Positions 9,597 through 19,668 are shown, counted from the stretch's first letter. The stretch: 64,000 bases of DNA from an uncultured delta proteobacterium (GCA_963755125.1 CAVWIP010000015.1:288001-352000); one strand, 5' to 3'. A program made the numbers and translations. Notes: a model not told the origin generated them from the letters alone.

Positions 9597-10004
9597 ATGG
9601 CGTATAGCGGAAAAGTGATCGACCACTACGAGAACCCGCGCAACGTGGGCAGCCTGGACAAGGAGTCGCCCAAAGTGGGGACAGGGCTGGTGGGGGCGCC
9701 CGCCTGTGGCGACGTGATGAAGCTGCAGATCCAGGTGAGCGATTCGGGCGTCATCGAGGACGCCAAGTTCAAGACTTTCGGCTGCGGCTCGGCCATAGCG
9801 TCATCGTCACTGGCGACAGAATGGATCAAGGGTATGACTCTTGAGCAGGCCATGTCGGTCAGAAACACGCAGATCGTCCAGGAATTGAACCTGCCGCCGG
9901 TGAAGATTCACTGCTCGGTCTTGGCCGAGGACGCCATCAAGAGCGCGATTGCCGACTACCGCAGAAAGCAGCGCGGCTCGCAGGCCCAAGCAGGCCAAGC
10001 CTAG
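9597..10004 (+). CDS. iscU: Fe-S scaffold IscU
   Basis: GAPACGD, FGCGSAIASSS, LPPVKIHCS. Confidence 0.98.
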   Translation: MAYSGKVIDHYENPRNVGSLDKESPKVGTGLVGAPACGDVMKLQIQVSDSGVIEDAKFKTFGCGSAIASSSLATEWIKGMTLEQAMSVRNTQIVQELNLPPVKIHCSVLAEDAIKSAIADYRRKQRGSQAQAGQA

Positions 10005-10013
10005 GAGAGAAGC

Positions 10014-10349
10014 TTGTCTATCGAAGTCACAGAGCGAGCGGTCGAAGAAATCCGCAAGGCCGCGGCCAGGCGTCCCTCGCAGCCCAAGGGTCTGCGGGTG
10101 GGCATCCGCGGGGGCGGGTGCACGGGGTTTTCCTACCTGTTCGAGTGGTCGGACAGCGAGGCGCGGGCCGAGGACAAAGTGCTGGAGTTGGGGGGCGGTG
10201 CGGTCAAGGTCTTCGTCGATCCCAAGAGCTACCTGTTTCTCGACGGTTCGACCCTGGACTACGCCAGCAGCATGATGGCCCGCGGTTTCAAGTGGACCAA
10301 CCCCAATGTAAAGGGAACCTGCGGTTGCGGCGAGAGTGTACAATTCTAG
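10014..10349 (+). CDS. iscA: A-type Fe-S carrier IscA
   Basis: GGGCTGFSY and TCGCGES; TTG start after AGGAG. Confidence 0.95.
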   Translation: MSIEVTERAVEEIRKAAARRPSQPKGLRVGIRGGGCTGFSYLFEWSDSEARAEDKVLELGGGAVKVFVDPKSYLFLDGSTLDYASSMMARGFKWTNPNVKGTCGCGESVQF

Positions 10350-10356
10350 CCCAACC

Positions 10357-11004
10357 ATGATCTGCTGGTCCTGTGAGAAGAACCCTGGCGACGGCATGTT
10401 GTGTGCGGCGTGCGGGGCTGTGCAGCCCCCCGACCGCACGGCCGATTACTTTCGCGTGTTCAGCTTGCCCCGCAGGTTCGATGTGAACGTCGTCGATCTT
10501 GAACGCCGCTACAAGGAGATGACCAAGCTTCTGCACCCGGACCGCTTCGCGCGCGCGGACGGTCGGGCGCGGCGCGCGTCGCTGGAGCGGTCGGTGCAGC
10601 TCAACCTCGCGTGGCGAATCTTGTCCCAGCCGGTGTCCCGCGCGGAGTATCTGCTGTCGCTGGAGGGCGTCGAGGTGGGCGAGCCCGCAGGCAGCAAGAG
10701 TTCCGGGGAGGCCGACAGCCGGGCGACCCAGCCCGTGGACACGGCGCTGCTGGTCGAGGTGATGGAGTTGCGCGAGGGCCTGGCCGAGGCGCGCGCTCGC
10801 GGCGACGGCGCAAAGGTCGCCAGCCTGGTCGCCGGCGTGCAGGCTCGCCACGACAAGGAAATGGCGGAGGTGGCCGCGGATTTCTCAGCCGCGCGACCGA
10901 ACCTCGGCGTGATCGCCGCGCGCCTGGTGGCCGCGCGCTACTACCGGCGTTTTCTCGAGGAGGCGCAGGCCGATCGGGAACGCGAAGGGCACGCGGACAA
11001 ATAG
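10357..11004 (+). CDS. hscB: Co-chaperone HscB with N-terminal CWSC...CAAC
   Basis: J-domain LHPDRF, tetra-Cys N-terminus, operon position. Confidence 0.93.
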   Translation: MICWSCEKNPGDGMLCAACGAVQPPDRTADYFRVFSLPRRFDVNVVDLERRYKEMTKLLHPDRFARADGRARRASLERSVQLNLAWRILSQPVSRAEYLLSLEGVEVGEPAGSKSSGEADSRATQPVDTALLVEVMELREGLAEARARGDGAKVASLVAGVQARHDKEMAEVAADFSAARPNLGVIAARLVAARYYRRFLEEAQADREREGHADK

Positions 11005-11019
11005 GCCGCGGAATTCGGC

Positions 11020-12930
11020 ATGCCGGTAGAGGCGCTGTTCGACATTTCCGAGCCGGGCGAGGCGCGGAGCAAAGAAGTCTGCAAGGGGCGCGCGGTGGGC
11101 ATCGACCTCGGCACCACCAATTCGCTGGTGGCGGTGGTGCAGGCTGGCCAGCCGACTTGCCTGCGCGACGAGCACGGCTCGCTCTTGCCGTCGGTGGTGC
11201 ACTATGCGACCGACGGCGCCGTGGTGGTGGGCCGGGCGGCGCGCGGGTTGGCGGCTCAGGCGCCGCAGGACACCATCGCCTCGGTCAAGCGATTCATGGG
11301 CCGCGGGCCCCGTGACGCCGAGGCCACGCGCCGCTTGACTCCATACCAGTTCGCGCCGGGAGGGGAGAGTGAGGCGGTGGTTCGCTTTTCGCTGCTGAAC
11401 GGCCGGCGCGCGGTCACGCCGGTGGAAGTTTCGTCCGAGATCTTGCGCGTGCTCAAGGCGCGCGCCGAGGTGGCGCTCGGCGGTGATCTCGACGGCGCGG
11501 TCATCACGGTGCCCGCCTATTTCGACGACGGTCAGCGCCAGGCCACGCGCGACGCCGGCCGCCTGGCAGGTCTGGAAGTCATGCGCCTGCTCAACGAGCC
11601 CACGGCCGCAGCGCTGGCCTATGGCCTGGACAAGCAGGCCGAGGGAACCTTCGCCGTGTTCGATCTGGGCGGCGGTACGTTCGACATCTCGATCTTGAAA
11701 CTGGAAGGCGGCGTGTTCGAGGTGAAGTCCACCGGGGGCGATTCGGCTCTGGGTGGCGATGATTTCGATCGCGCTCTTGCGGTGCATCTGCTGCGGCAGA
11801 TGGGCTTGTCCGAGGATGCGGCCGGCGACCGTCACCTGATTCGCCGGGTGCTGGATGCGGCACGGGACGCGAAGGAGGCACTGACCAAGCTCGACGCGAC
11901 CGAGGTCGTCGTCGAGCGGCGGCCGGGTGATATGTGGCGCGGAGAGATCACGCGCGAGGAGCTGGATGCGGTGGTGAGGCCGGTTCTGGATCGGTGCGAG
12001 CCCCCTGTGCGCCGGGCGTTGCGCGACGCCGGTCTGGAGGCGAAGCAACTTTCCGGCGTGATCCTGGTGGGAGGCGCTACCCGCATGCCCATAGTGCGGC
12101 GGCTGGTTGCCAGCATGTTCGGGCGCGAGCCTTTGGCCGACATCGATCCCGACGAGGTGGTGGCTCTCGGCGCGGCGGTGCAGGCCGACCTGCTGGCGGG
12201 CAACGCGCGCAAGGATGTGGTGCTGATGGACGTGGTGCCGCTCTCTCTCGGCCTGGAGATGATGGGCGGAGTGGTGGAGAAGCTGATCCATCGCAACACC
12301 ACCGTGCCTTGCGGCGCCGTGCAGGCCTTCACCACCTACGCCGACAACCAGACCGGTTTCGATCTGCATGTGGTGCAGGGCGAGCGTGAGCTGGTGGCAG
12401 ACTGCCGCTCGCTGGCGCGCTTCAAGTTGACCGGGATTCCGCCCATGCCAGCGGGCATGGCGCGCCTGCAAGTCACTTTTCTGGTCGACGCCGACGGCCT
12501 TCTCGGCGTGTCTGCGCGCGAAGAGACAACCGGCAAGGAATCATCGATCCGGGTCAAGCCGAGCTACGGCCTCACCGACGACGAGGTCGAGCGCATGATT
12601 CGGGATTCCTTCGCCCATGCCGAGCAGGACGTGGGCGAGCGCCTGCTGGCGGTGGAGCGGGTGGAGGCGGACCGCATCCTGCATGCGACACGCGCGGCCT
12701 TGGCTGCGTCGGCCGATCTGCTGGTCGAGGGTGAGCGGGCTGCCATCGAGGCGGCGGTGGGCGCACTGGAGACGAGCAAGGCGGGGCGCGACCATCTTGC
12801 CATCCGGGCGGCGATTGCCGCGCTGGACGCGGCCTCCAAGGACTTCGCCACCCGTCGCATGAACCAGGCCTTGCAGCAGGGGCTGCGTGGTCAGGACATC
12901 GGCGCGGTGGAAAGCAAGGTGGGAAAGTAG
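11020..12930 (+). CDS. hscA: Fe-S chaperone HscA (Hsp70 family)
   Basis: FDISEPG N-terminus, [33 protein letters not shown]. Confidence 0.96.
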   Translation: MPVEALFDISEPGEARSKEVCKGRAVGIDLGTTNSLVAVVQAGQPTCLRDEHGSLLPSVVHYATDGAVVVGRAARGLAAQAPQDTIASVKRFMGRGPRDAEATRRLTPYQFAPGGESEAVVRFSLLNGRRAVTPVEVSSEILRVLKARAEVALGGDLDGAVITVPAYFDDGQRQATRDAGRLAGLEVMRLLNEPTAAALAYGLDKQAEGTFAVFDLGGGTFDISILKLEGGVFEVKSTGGDSALGGDDFDRALAVHLLRQMGLSEDAAGDRHLIRRVLDAARDAKEALTKLDATEVVVERRPGDMWRGEITREELDAVVRPVLDRCEPPVRRALRDAGLEAKQLSGVILVGGATRMPIVRRLVASMFGREPLADIDPDEVVALGAAVQADLLAGNARKDVVLMDVVPLSLGLEMMGGVVEKLIHRNTTVPCGAVQAFTTYADNQTGFDLHVVQGERELVADCRSLARFKLTGIPPMPAGMARLQVTFLVDADGLLGVSAREETTGKESSIRVKPSYGLTDDEVERMIRDSFAHAEQDVGERLLAVERVEADRILHATRAALAASADLLVEGERAAIEAAVGALETSKAGRDHLAIRAAIAALDAASKDFATRRMNQALQQGLRGQDIGAVESKVGK

Positions 12931-12933
12931 CCC

Positions 12934-13275
12934 GTGCCGAGGGTTCGCTTCGAGCCTGACGGCGTCGAGATCGAGGTTCCACTGGGCACGACCATCCTGC
13001 AAGCCGCGGAGCAGGTAGGGGCGCGCCTCGGATCGGCCTGCGGCGGCGTGTGCGCCTGCTCGACCTGCCACGTCTACGTCGACGAGGGACTGGACGGTCT
13101 GTCAGAAATGGAGGACGACGAAGAAGACATTCTGGACAAGGCATTTGACGTGCGTCGCAACTCACGCCTTGCCTGCCAGGCCCGCTTGCAGAGAGAGGGC
13201 CGCACCGTCGTCACAGTTAGCCCCGCCAGTCGCCAGACGTTTTTCGACGAGCACCCGGAGGTGCGCGAGCGGTAG
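12934..13275 (+). CDS. fdx: ISC [2Fe-2S] ferredoxin
   Basis: ACGGVCACSTCHV and SRLACQ. Confidence 0.95.
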   Translation: MPRVRFEPDGVEIEVPLGTTILQAAEQVGARLGSACGGVCACSTCHVYVDEGLDGLSEMEDDEEDILDKAFDVRRNSRLACQARLQREGRTVVTVSPASRQTFFDEHPEVRER

Positions 13276-15354
13276 TTATTCGTCTTCTTCGGCCGCGACC
13301 TTGGCGTCGGCCACTACCTTTTCCATCAGGTTGTTGGGCAGTTCGTCGTAGTGCGAGAACTCGAGAGTGAACGAGCCGCGACCGCCGGTCATCGATCGCA
13401 GATCGGACGAGTACTTGAGGGTCTCGGACATGGGCACGTGCGCGCGGATGACTTGATCCTTGCCGTTGGATTCCATGCCCTCGACCCGACCGCGGCGCTG
13501 ATTGAGATCGCCGATGACGTCGCCCATGCAGTCGTCCGGGCAGGTGACCTGGATCTTCATGATGGGCTCGAGCAGACATGGCTTGGCCAGCTTGAAGGCG
13601 GCCTGGAAGCCCTTGGATCCCGCGATTTCGAAGGAACGCGAGTCCGAGTCCACGTCATGGTACTTGCCGTCGAACAGGCGCACCTTGACGTCGGTCACGC
13701 GATAGCCGGCGACAACCCCCTTGGCCATACGGGTGCGCATCCCCTTCTCGATGGCCGGAATGAACTGGCGGGGCACGGCGCCGCCCACGATGGCGTCCTC
13801 GAACTCGAAGCCGCTGCCGCGGGGCAGGGGCGAGATGTCGATGTAGCAGACGCCAAACTGGCCGCGTCCGCCGGTCTGCTTCTTGTGTTTGCCTTCGACG
13901 TTCTTGGCCGTGCCCTTGATGGTCTCGAGGTAAGGGATCTTGGGCGGCAAGAGATCGACCTCGACGCCCATGCGGTGCAGGCGATCGACGGTGGCCTCGA
14001 TGTGCAACTGGCCGGTGCCCCCGATCAAGATCGCCTTGGACTGGGCATCGTGACTGACTTTGATGGCCACGTCCGAGTCGATGATTTCGTTCAGCTTGAC
14101 GGCGACCTTGTCCTCGTCGCCCTTGGTCTTGGGTTGCAGGGCGTAGGTGATGAGCGGCGCGGGAATCACCGGCCTGGGCAGGGCGAAAAGCGCCCGCTCG
14201 TCGGCCAGGGTGTCGCCGGTCTTGGTGGTCTTCAGCTTGGCCACGGCAACGATGTCGCCGGCGAAGGCCTCGGCGACCTGGTCGCGCGCCTTGCCCTGCA
14301 GAACGTAGAGCTGCCCCAGGCGTTCCTTGGAATCGTGGTTGACCGAGATCAAGGTGGCGTCGCCGGTCAGCTTTCCCGAAAGCACCCGCATAAGCGAGAG
14401 GCGGCCGATGTCCGAGCTGCAGGTTTTCCACACGTAGGCGGCCACCGGTGCCGCGGGATCAGCGGTGCGTTCGGCCGGCTGCTCGCCCGCCGTGCCCTTC
14501 CAGGCCGGCCGGTCGGTGGGCGCTGGGAAGCAGTCGACGATGAAATCGAGCAGGGGCTGGATGCCGAGGCACACGCCGGGCGCAGCGGCCAACACGGGCA
14601 CGACGGCTTGCCGTCGCACGCCCGCGACCAGACCCCGGCGCGCCTCTTCGTCGGTCAGGGTGCCGGTCTCCAGGTACTTCTCCACCAGGGCGTCGTCGGC
14701 CGAGGCGATGGCTTCCAGCAGAGCCTCGCGCGCCTTCTTCGCCGCGTCGACCATGTCAGACGGGATCTCGCCCTCTTTCACGTCGCGCCCTTCATTGGAA
14801 AAGCGGAACGCCTTCATGGAGAGCAGGTCCACCACGCCCTCGAAGTTGGCTTCTTGACCGATGGGGAGTTGCAGCGCCACGGCCTTGCTGGACAAGGTTT
14901 CGCGCACGTCATCCAGCGCTTGCTGGAAATCGGCGCGCTCGCGGTCCAGCTTGGAGATGAGCACGCAGCGGGCCAGCCCGAGTTCGTCACACATGGCCCA
15001 GGTTCGTTCCGTGTAGACCTGCACGCCGTCGTTGGCGGACACCACCACCACGGCCGCGTCGGCAACATCGAGGGTGATGCGCGTGTCGACCAGGAAGTTT
15101 CCGTTGCCGGACGTGTCAAGGATGTTAATTTTGTTCTTCTTCCACTCCACGTGGCCCGCAGCGGCGAAGATGCTGGTCTTGCGCTTTTGCTCCTCGGGCT
15201 CGAAGTCGAAGTTCGACGTGTCGTCGTCGACCCTTCCTAGCCGCTGGGTCGACTTGGTCGAGAAGAGAATGGCCTCGCCCAGCGTGGTTTTGCCGGCGCC
15301 GCCGTGGCCGACCAGTGCAACGTTTCGGATCTCGTTCGCCGCGTAGCTCTTCAT
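13276..15354 (-). CDS. fusA: Elongation factor G paralogue (EF-G2 type)
   Basis: GHGGAGKTT, DTSG, SKLD, KKQTGGRGQFG, HDVDS, LLEPI; no rpsL/rpsG/tuf neighbours. Confidence 0.93.
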   Translation of the reverse strand: MKSYAANEIRNVALVGHGGAGKTTLGEAILFSTKSTQRLGRVDDDTSNFDFEPEEQKRKTSIFAAAGHVEWKKNKINILDTSGNGNFLVDTRITLDVADAAVVVVSANDGVQVYTERTWAMCDELGLARCVLISKLDRERADFQQALDDVRETLSSKAVALQLPIGQEANFEGVVDLLSMKAFRFSNEGRDVKEGEIPSDMVDAAKKAREALLEAIASADDALVEKYLETGTLTDEEARRGLVAGVRRQAVVPVLAAAPGVCLGIQPLLDFIVDCFPAPTDRPAWKGTAGEQPAERTADPAAPVAAYVWKTCSSDIGRLSLMRVLSGKLTGDATLISVNHDSKERLGQLYVLQGKARDQVAEAFAGDIVAVAKLKTTKTGDTLADERALFALPRPVIPAPLITYALQPKTKGDEDKVAVKLNEIIDSDVAIKVSHDAQSKAILIGGTGQLHIEATVDRLHRMGVEVDLLPPKIPYLETIKGTAKNVEGKHKKQTGGRGQFGVCYIDISPLPRGSGFEFEDAIVGGAVPRQFIPAIEKGMRTRMAKGVVAGYRVTDVKVRLFDGKYHDVDSDSRSFEIAGSKGFQAAFKLAKPCLLEPIMKIQVTCPDDCMGDVIGDLNQRRGRVEGMESNGKDQVIRAHVPMSETLKYSSDLRSMTGGRGSFTLEFSHYDELPNNLMEKVVADAKVAAEEDE

Positions 15355-15505
15355 GCATGACCCCTTCAGATGAATCGCGACCGCCCTTCCACCGTCCCCG
15401 GAGTCTGGCGCTTATAAATCACCTGACCGAGGAAGTCGAGGCGGTCATTCGCTCCACCTGCACCTCATTCGGGACGCGGCGCGATGGCGGCGGGAAACCG
15501 GCTGG

Positions 15506-15700
15506 TCAGTTCTGGGTGGGATCCAGGACGCGGCCCATGAAGAGGATGGCGCCGGTGGGCTGGTCACGATTCGACCTGAGCGAACTGGCCCGCATCCGGC
15601 ACAACCACCAGCAGAGAAAGGTTGGCGTCGGCGTAGGGCAGGGCGGCGGCCACAAGGTTCGTCCCTTGCACCGTATTCTGAGGCTGCGTGGGCGGCTCGG
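15506..15700 (-). pseudogene. Serpin remnant with internal deletion
   Basis: Hand translation of the minus strand gives GTNLVAAALPYADANLSLLVVVPDAGQFAQVES* joined out of frame to RDQPTGAILFMGRVLDPTQN*. Confidence 0.8.
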
Positions 15701-15928
15701 TCGCAGTCAGCGCGAATGGTGCATTGAAGCATGGGTCTGGCGACAGTCATCCGTGGCGATGGCAGTGGCGATGCGGCATCCTGTGGCGGCTTCCGGCATC
15801 AAAGGAAATGGATGAAAGGCCAGTTCCGCAAGAGCTGCGTTTCCCGAGGCCCTTGTTCTTGAGGGACAGGCGGGCTGGCGACTGTCTGGGCCACTGGAAG
15901 CCAACAACGTTCGCGATAGGAGAGCAAC

Positions 15929-16915
15929 ATGGCAGACCTACGAACCACGTACATGGGTGTCCCCCTAGCGAATCCGATCGTGGTGGGATCCTCTTCACTG
16001 TCGAAATCGATCGACAACATCAAGAGACTCGAGCAGGCGGGGGCCGGCGGCCTCGTGGTCAAGTCGCTCTTCGAGGAGCAGGTTCAGTTGGAGGAGGAGG
16101 AGTTCCGCACGCGCCTAGGGGACCTTGAACCCGGCTTCGCCGAAGCGGTCAGCATGTTTCCCAAGCTGGAACACGGCGGGCCCAAGCAGCACCTGTACTG
16201 GGTCGAGCAAGCGCGCAAGGCGGTCAAGATGCCCCTCTTTGCCAGCCTCAATTGCGTCAGTCGGCTGGCGTGGGGCGACTATGCCAAGCAACTCGAAGGC
16301 ACGGGCGTGAGCGGACTCGAACTCAACTTCTACTCGCCCGCGATTGATCCCGAGGTTGCTGCCAGCGACATCGAGCGACGCGAGATTTCCATCCTGGAGC
16401 GCGTGCGCGCTTCGATCAAGATCCCCATCGCGGTCAAGCTTCATCCTCACTACACCAGCCTGATGAACGTGGTGTCCCGTATGGAAACCACCGGCGCCAA
16501 CGCCTTCGTGCTCTTCAACCGTTTGCTCCAGCCTGACATCGATCCAGAGACTCTGACTCGGCATTCCTCGGTCAGCCTCAGTTCTCCCAGCGAGTCCCTG
16601 CTCCCGTTGCGCTGGGTTGCCATGCTTCACGACCGGGTCAAGGCCGACCTGATCGCCACCACCGGGATCTGGACTGGGCACGATGTGGCCAAGATGGTGC
16701 TGGTGGGCGCCAAGGCGGTCCAAGTGGTCAGCGCGCTATATCGCGAGCAGCCTGGCCACATCCAGAAGATGCTCGGCGAGCTGGCGAGCTGGATGGATGC
16801 CCACGGCTTCGCGACGCTGGACGCGTTCCGCGGCAAGCTGGGCCAGAAGCAAGGCGTGGACGCCTGGTCCTTCGCGCGCGGCCAGTACATCAAGGCGCTG
16901 GTCGGCGTGGATTAG
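15929..16915 (+). CDS. Dihydroorotate dehydrogenase-like flavoprotein
   Basis: DLRTTYMG..LANPIVVGSS, KSLFEEQ, LELN, PIAVKL, VLFNR, GAKAVQVVSAL; AGGAG RBS. Confidence 0.9.
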   Translation: MADLRTTYMGVPLANPIVVGSSSLSKSIDNIKRLEQAGAGGLVVKSLFEEQVQLEEEEFRTRLGDLEPGFAEAVSMFPKLEHGGPKQHLYWVEQARKAVKMPLFASLNCVSRLAWGDYAKQLEGTGVSGLELNFYSPAIDPEVAASDIERREISILERVRASIKIPIAVKLHPHYTSLMNVVSRMETTGANAFVLFNRLLQPDIDPETLTRHSSVSLSSPSESLLPLRWVAMLHDRVKADLIATTGIWTGHDVAKMVLVGAKAVQVVSALYREQPGHIQKMLGELASWMDAHGFATLDAFRGKLGQKQGVDAWSFARGQYIKALVGVD

Positions 16916-17123
16916 CGGTTCCCGGGGCCGGATTCGGTTCCCAATCCGGGACCGGCTGTCGGAGCCGGTTCCGGCCGCCGGCTCCCGCCTCCGGACCCCC
17001 CTGCAGGGACTTCGGGACCTGCCACCCACTCTGCCCACCCCGCGCGCTTCGCGCGCGCCCTTGCCGCTGCCGTCAACCCGGACGCCTGTTTGCGTCTCCG
17101 CTTGATGCCTGCGAGAGTGAGTC

Positions 17124-18692
17124 ATGCGGATTTCCGACCACTCTGCCGGCCGGCCCCTGGCACCCGAGGAGCGCCGCTACCTGGAGAGCGTGTTGCGCGC
17201 CGAGAACGCGAGCGTGAGCGCCCTGGGGTGCTTCTTCTTGGTGCTCATCCTGGAGACGGTTCTGATAAGCACCTTGACCATCGCCGAGAGCGCGCACGAT
17301 CGCTGGGCGATGGTGGTCCTGATGTTGGTGGTTGGTGGGGCGTTCTCGCTCATGCCGCTCTACGCCCGCAAGCGTCGAGCGCGACGGCTGGAGGATACCG
17401 AGGTCGTCACCATCTCGGGTAAGCTACGGCGGCGCTCGCGCGGCGAAGTGTTGGGGGGCCGCCGGCCTTTTCCGGTGGCCTGGCCCGTGTCCATCGGCCC
17501 GCACCCGGTTCGCTTCCCACGCCATTGGGCGAAGAAGTACCCGGATGGCAGCACGCTCACCGTCGAGGTGTTCCCGTTTCCCGAACGCGCTCCCGACTCG
17601 TTCGTCGACATCATGGCCACCACGGAGGAGCGCTCGTCCTTCGTGCTGGCGGTGCCAGGCGAGCGCTCGATTGTGCGCGAGGTGGCCGCAGGGCTGCTGC
17701 AGGTGCGTCCGGTGGCGCCGCCGGTCCTCTCCCTGGTCCTCGGACTACTGGCCGGCGCAGGTTTTGTCGGCATCGCCTCGACCAATTTCTTCCTGGCCCC
17801 CGGCTACCTGCTCAACGTCGCCCGCAACGACCATGGCCGGCGTCACGATTTCGCCAACGTGGCCGCGGCCTGCGCCGACAACCCCGGGGTGGGCCGCTTT
17901 CTCAGCATCGAGGCAGCATGGCTCAACCCGAATGACTGCCTGGTCAACGTCTTGCCAGGAGACGTCGCATCGCTTGCGACCGTGCGCGAGCAACTCAAGG
18001 GGCGCATCGCGCACGTGCGCGAAGTCAAGCGGGCACTCGCCGAACCGCCGACGCCGGCCCGCGCACTCGATGAGAAGGCGCGGAAGGACCTGGAAGACTC
18101 AGCGCTGGGATTGATGGTGCTTGCCGAAACCGCTCGCAGAAAGCAGGCGGAAGCTGGTTCAGCGGGCGGGGCGATGACGACCGCCGACGTCAATCAAGCC
18201 GCCACTCACGTGCTTGGCCGCATCCTCGGCCCGCAGAAGATTGCGACCGATCCGATGGCCGAGTACCGCGCCTATGGGGGGATCTGCGAGTTCATCAAGG
18301 GAGAGCTTTTTCGCATTTTCGATGCGCAGTGCAGGCGAGGGCTGAGCGTCGCCAGCGCACACGACAACTCTCCATCGGTCTGCTGGCAAGGCGAGGACGT
18401 GGCGAGCGGTCGAGCCGAGAGGGCGCTTGACGCCATCGCCGCGGACATGCAGCGAGCCCCGCACTACCAGGGCATCATTACCCAGGCCACCGAGAGCGAT
18501 CGGCCGTGGCGGCAAATCCATCTCCGGTGGCGCCACCACCGGGCGTGGCTGGTGACGGCTGTTGCCTTGTACGCCGGCATCGGGCTGGTCTTGCTGGTGC
18601 TGCTCGCCCGGGCGCTCGCGACGCTGGAGAATCTGCTGGTCTGGCGGCGGCTGGCGAAATGCAGCAAGGTCGACGAGGCGCTCTGGAAGTGA
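17124..18692 (+). CDS. Multi-pass membrane protein, IgaA/UmoB-like (tentative)
   Basis: TM-TM/cytoplasmic/TM/periplasmic/TM layout; RPLAPEER, SIGPHPVRFPRHW, SIVREV, YQGIIT resemble the recalled IgaA sequence. Confidence 0.6.
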   Translation: MRISDHSAGRPLAPEERRYLESVLRAENASVSALGCFFLVLILETVLISTLTIAESAHDRWAMVVLMLVVGGAFSLMPLYARKRRARRLEDTEVVTISGKLRRRSRGEVLGGRRPFPVAWPVSIGPHPVRFPRHWAKKYPDGSTLTVEVFPFPERAPDSFVDIMATTEERSSFVLAVPGERSIVREVAAGLLQVRPVAPPVLSLVLGLLAGAGFVGIASTNFFLAPGYLLNVARNDHGRRHDFANVAAACADNPGVGRFLSIEAAWLNPNDCLVNVLPGDVASLATVREQLKGRIAHVREVKRALAEPPTPARALDEKARKDLEDSALGLMVLAETARRKQAEAGSAGGAMTTADVNQAATHVLGRILGPQKIATDPMAEYRAYGGICEFIKGELFRIFDAQCRRGLSVASAHDNSPSVCWQGEDVASGRAERALDAIAADMQRAPHYQGIITQATESDRPWRQIHLRWRHHRAWLVTAVALYAGIGLVLLVLLARALATLENLLVWRRLAKCSKVDEALWK

Positions 18693-18694
18693 GA

Positions 18695-18778
18695 GTTGCC
18701 CTCGCGCTTGAGCACGGTCTGACCCTGGACGCCCGCGACCGGCACTTCGACCACCTGCCGCAACTTTTGCACAGATGA
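18695..18778 (+). pseudogene. C-terminal fragment of a PIN-domain (VapC) toxin
   Basis: VALALEHGLTLDARDRHFDHLPQLLHR* matches the VapC C-terminal pattern; no N-terminal part upstream. Confidence 0.7.
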
Positions 18779-18782
18779 CTAA

Positions 18783-19668
18783 GAGCGAGCCGTCATGACC
18801 TGTGGATTTGTCGAGTAGCTGCCTGAACAGTGATAATTGCGCATGCCAGATACACAAGGGCACCGTAATTCTCTGCCTTTCGCTCCCAGCGTATTCGCAA
18901 ACCGCGAAAGTTGTTGTGCCAGCTGTTTGTGCGCTCGACGACCCAGCGTCGCGGTTTGCCGCGAACACAACCAACCAGAGGCGGCTCACCGCGGCGGCGA
19001 ATGTGTGGCTTCACACCGCGCTCACGTGCCTCTTCCTCGGGGTCGTCGTAGTCGTAGCCCTTGTCCAGGCAGATGTGCTCGGGACGTCGTGGTCCGCGCG
19101 ATCCGTAGATAGGCACCGCATCGAGTGTGGAGCCCACCATCCACTTGTCGTGTACGTTGGCACCGGTCAGCGTGACGGCGAGGGGAATCCCGCGCCCGTC
19201 GGTCAGAACATGGCGCTTGGTGCCGAGTTTTCCGCGATCAGTGGGATTGGGACCCGTGAGGTCCCCCCTTTTGGCGCCTTCACCGAGGCGCTGTCCAGCG
19301 ATGCCCACTCCAGGTCGAGGCCGCACTTGTCGTGGTAGTAGCACAGCGCCTCGGTGTGAATCTTCTCGAAGACCTCGGCGTTGGTCCACTCGACGAACCG
19401 TCGGTAGCACGTGCTGCCGCTGCCGAACTCGCGCGGGATAGCATCCCACTGGCAACCGGTGCGAAGACGATAGACGACTCCCGCAAAGACTCTTCTGTCG
19501 TCCAGGCGATGAGGTCCGCCGCGCGGACTCCGCCTCCACGGTGGAATCCACGGTTTCACCCGGTCCCACAGTTCGTCGGGTACATCGGAGTAATTGGTTT
19601 GCATAGACCAGTAGACATCATGCCTTCGCGGCTCCCGCAAATTTTCCACAAGTCATGAAGGCTCGCTC
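18783..19668 (-). mobile_element. IS5-family insertion sequence, 886 bp
   Basis: TIRs GAGCGAGCCGTCATGACCTGTGGA / TCCACAAGTCATGAAGGCTCGCTC (22 of 24 match); flanked by TAA at 18780-18782 and 19669-19671; GC visibly lower than flanks. Confidence 0.95.
18793..19604 (-). CDS. IS5-family DDE transposase in two frames joined by a -1 frameshift
   Basis: OrfA DELW..., LRTGCQW, SLDSASVKAPKGG; OrfB TGPNPTDRGK, LDKGYD, RWVVERTNSW; AAAAGGGGGG slippery site at 19272-19263. Confidence 0.93.

Noticed and set aside
13351..15240. Long antisense ORFs (also 10885-12471, 43519-45399, 31366-32748, 47917-49668)
   Set aside because: Shadows of real genes caused by high GC3; no recognisable motifs
16916..17120. 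Hairpin-rich spacer as an ncRNA or riboswitch
   Set aside because: GC stems such as GGAGCCGG...CCGGCTCC are present, but I recognised no family motif; an Rfam/Infernal scan would be needed
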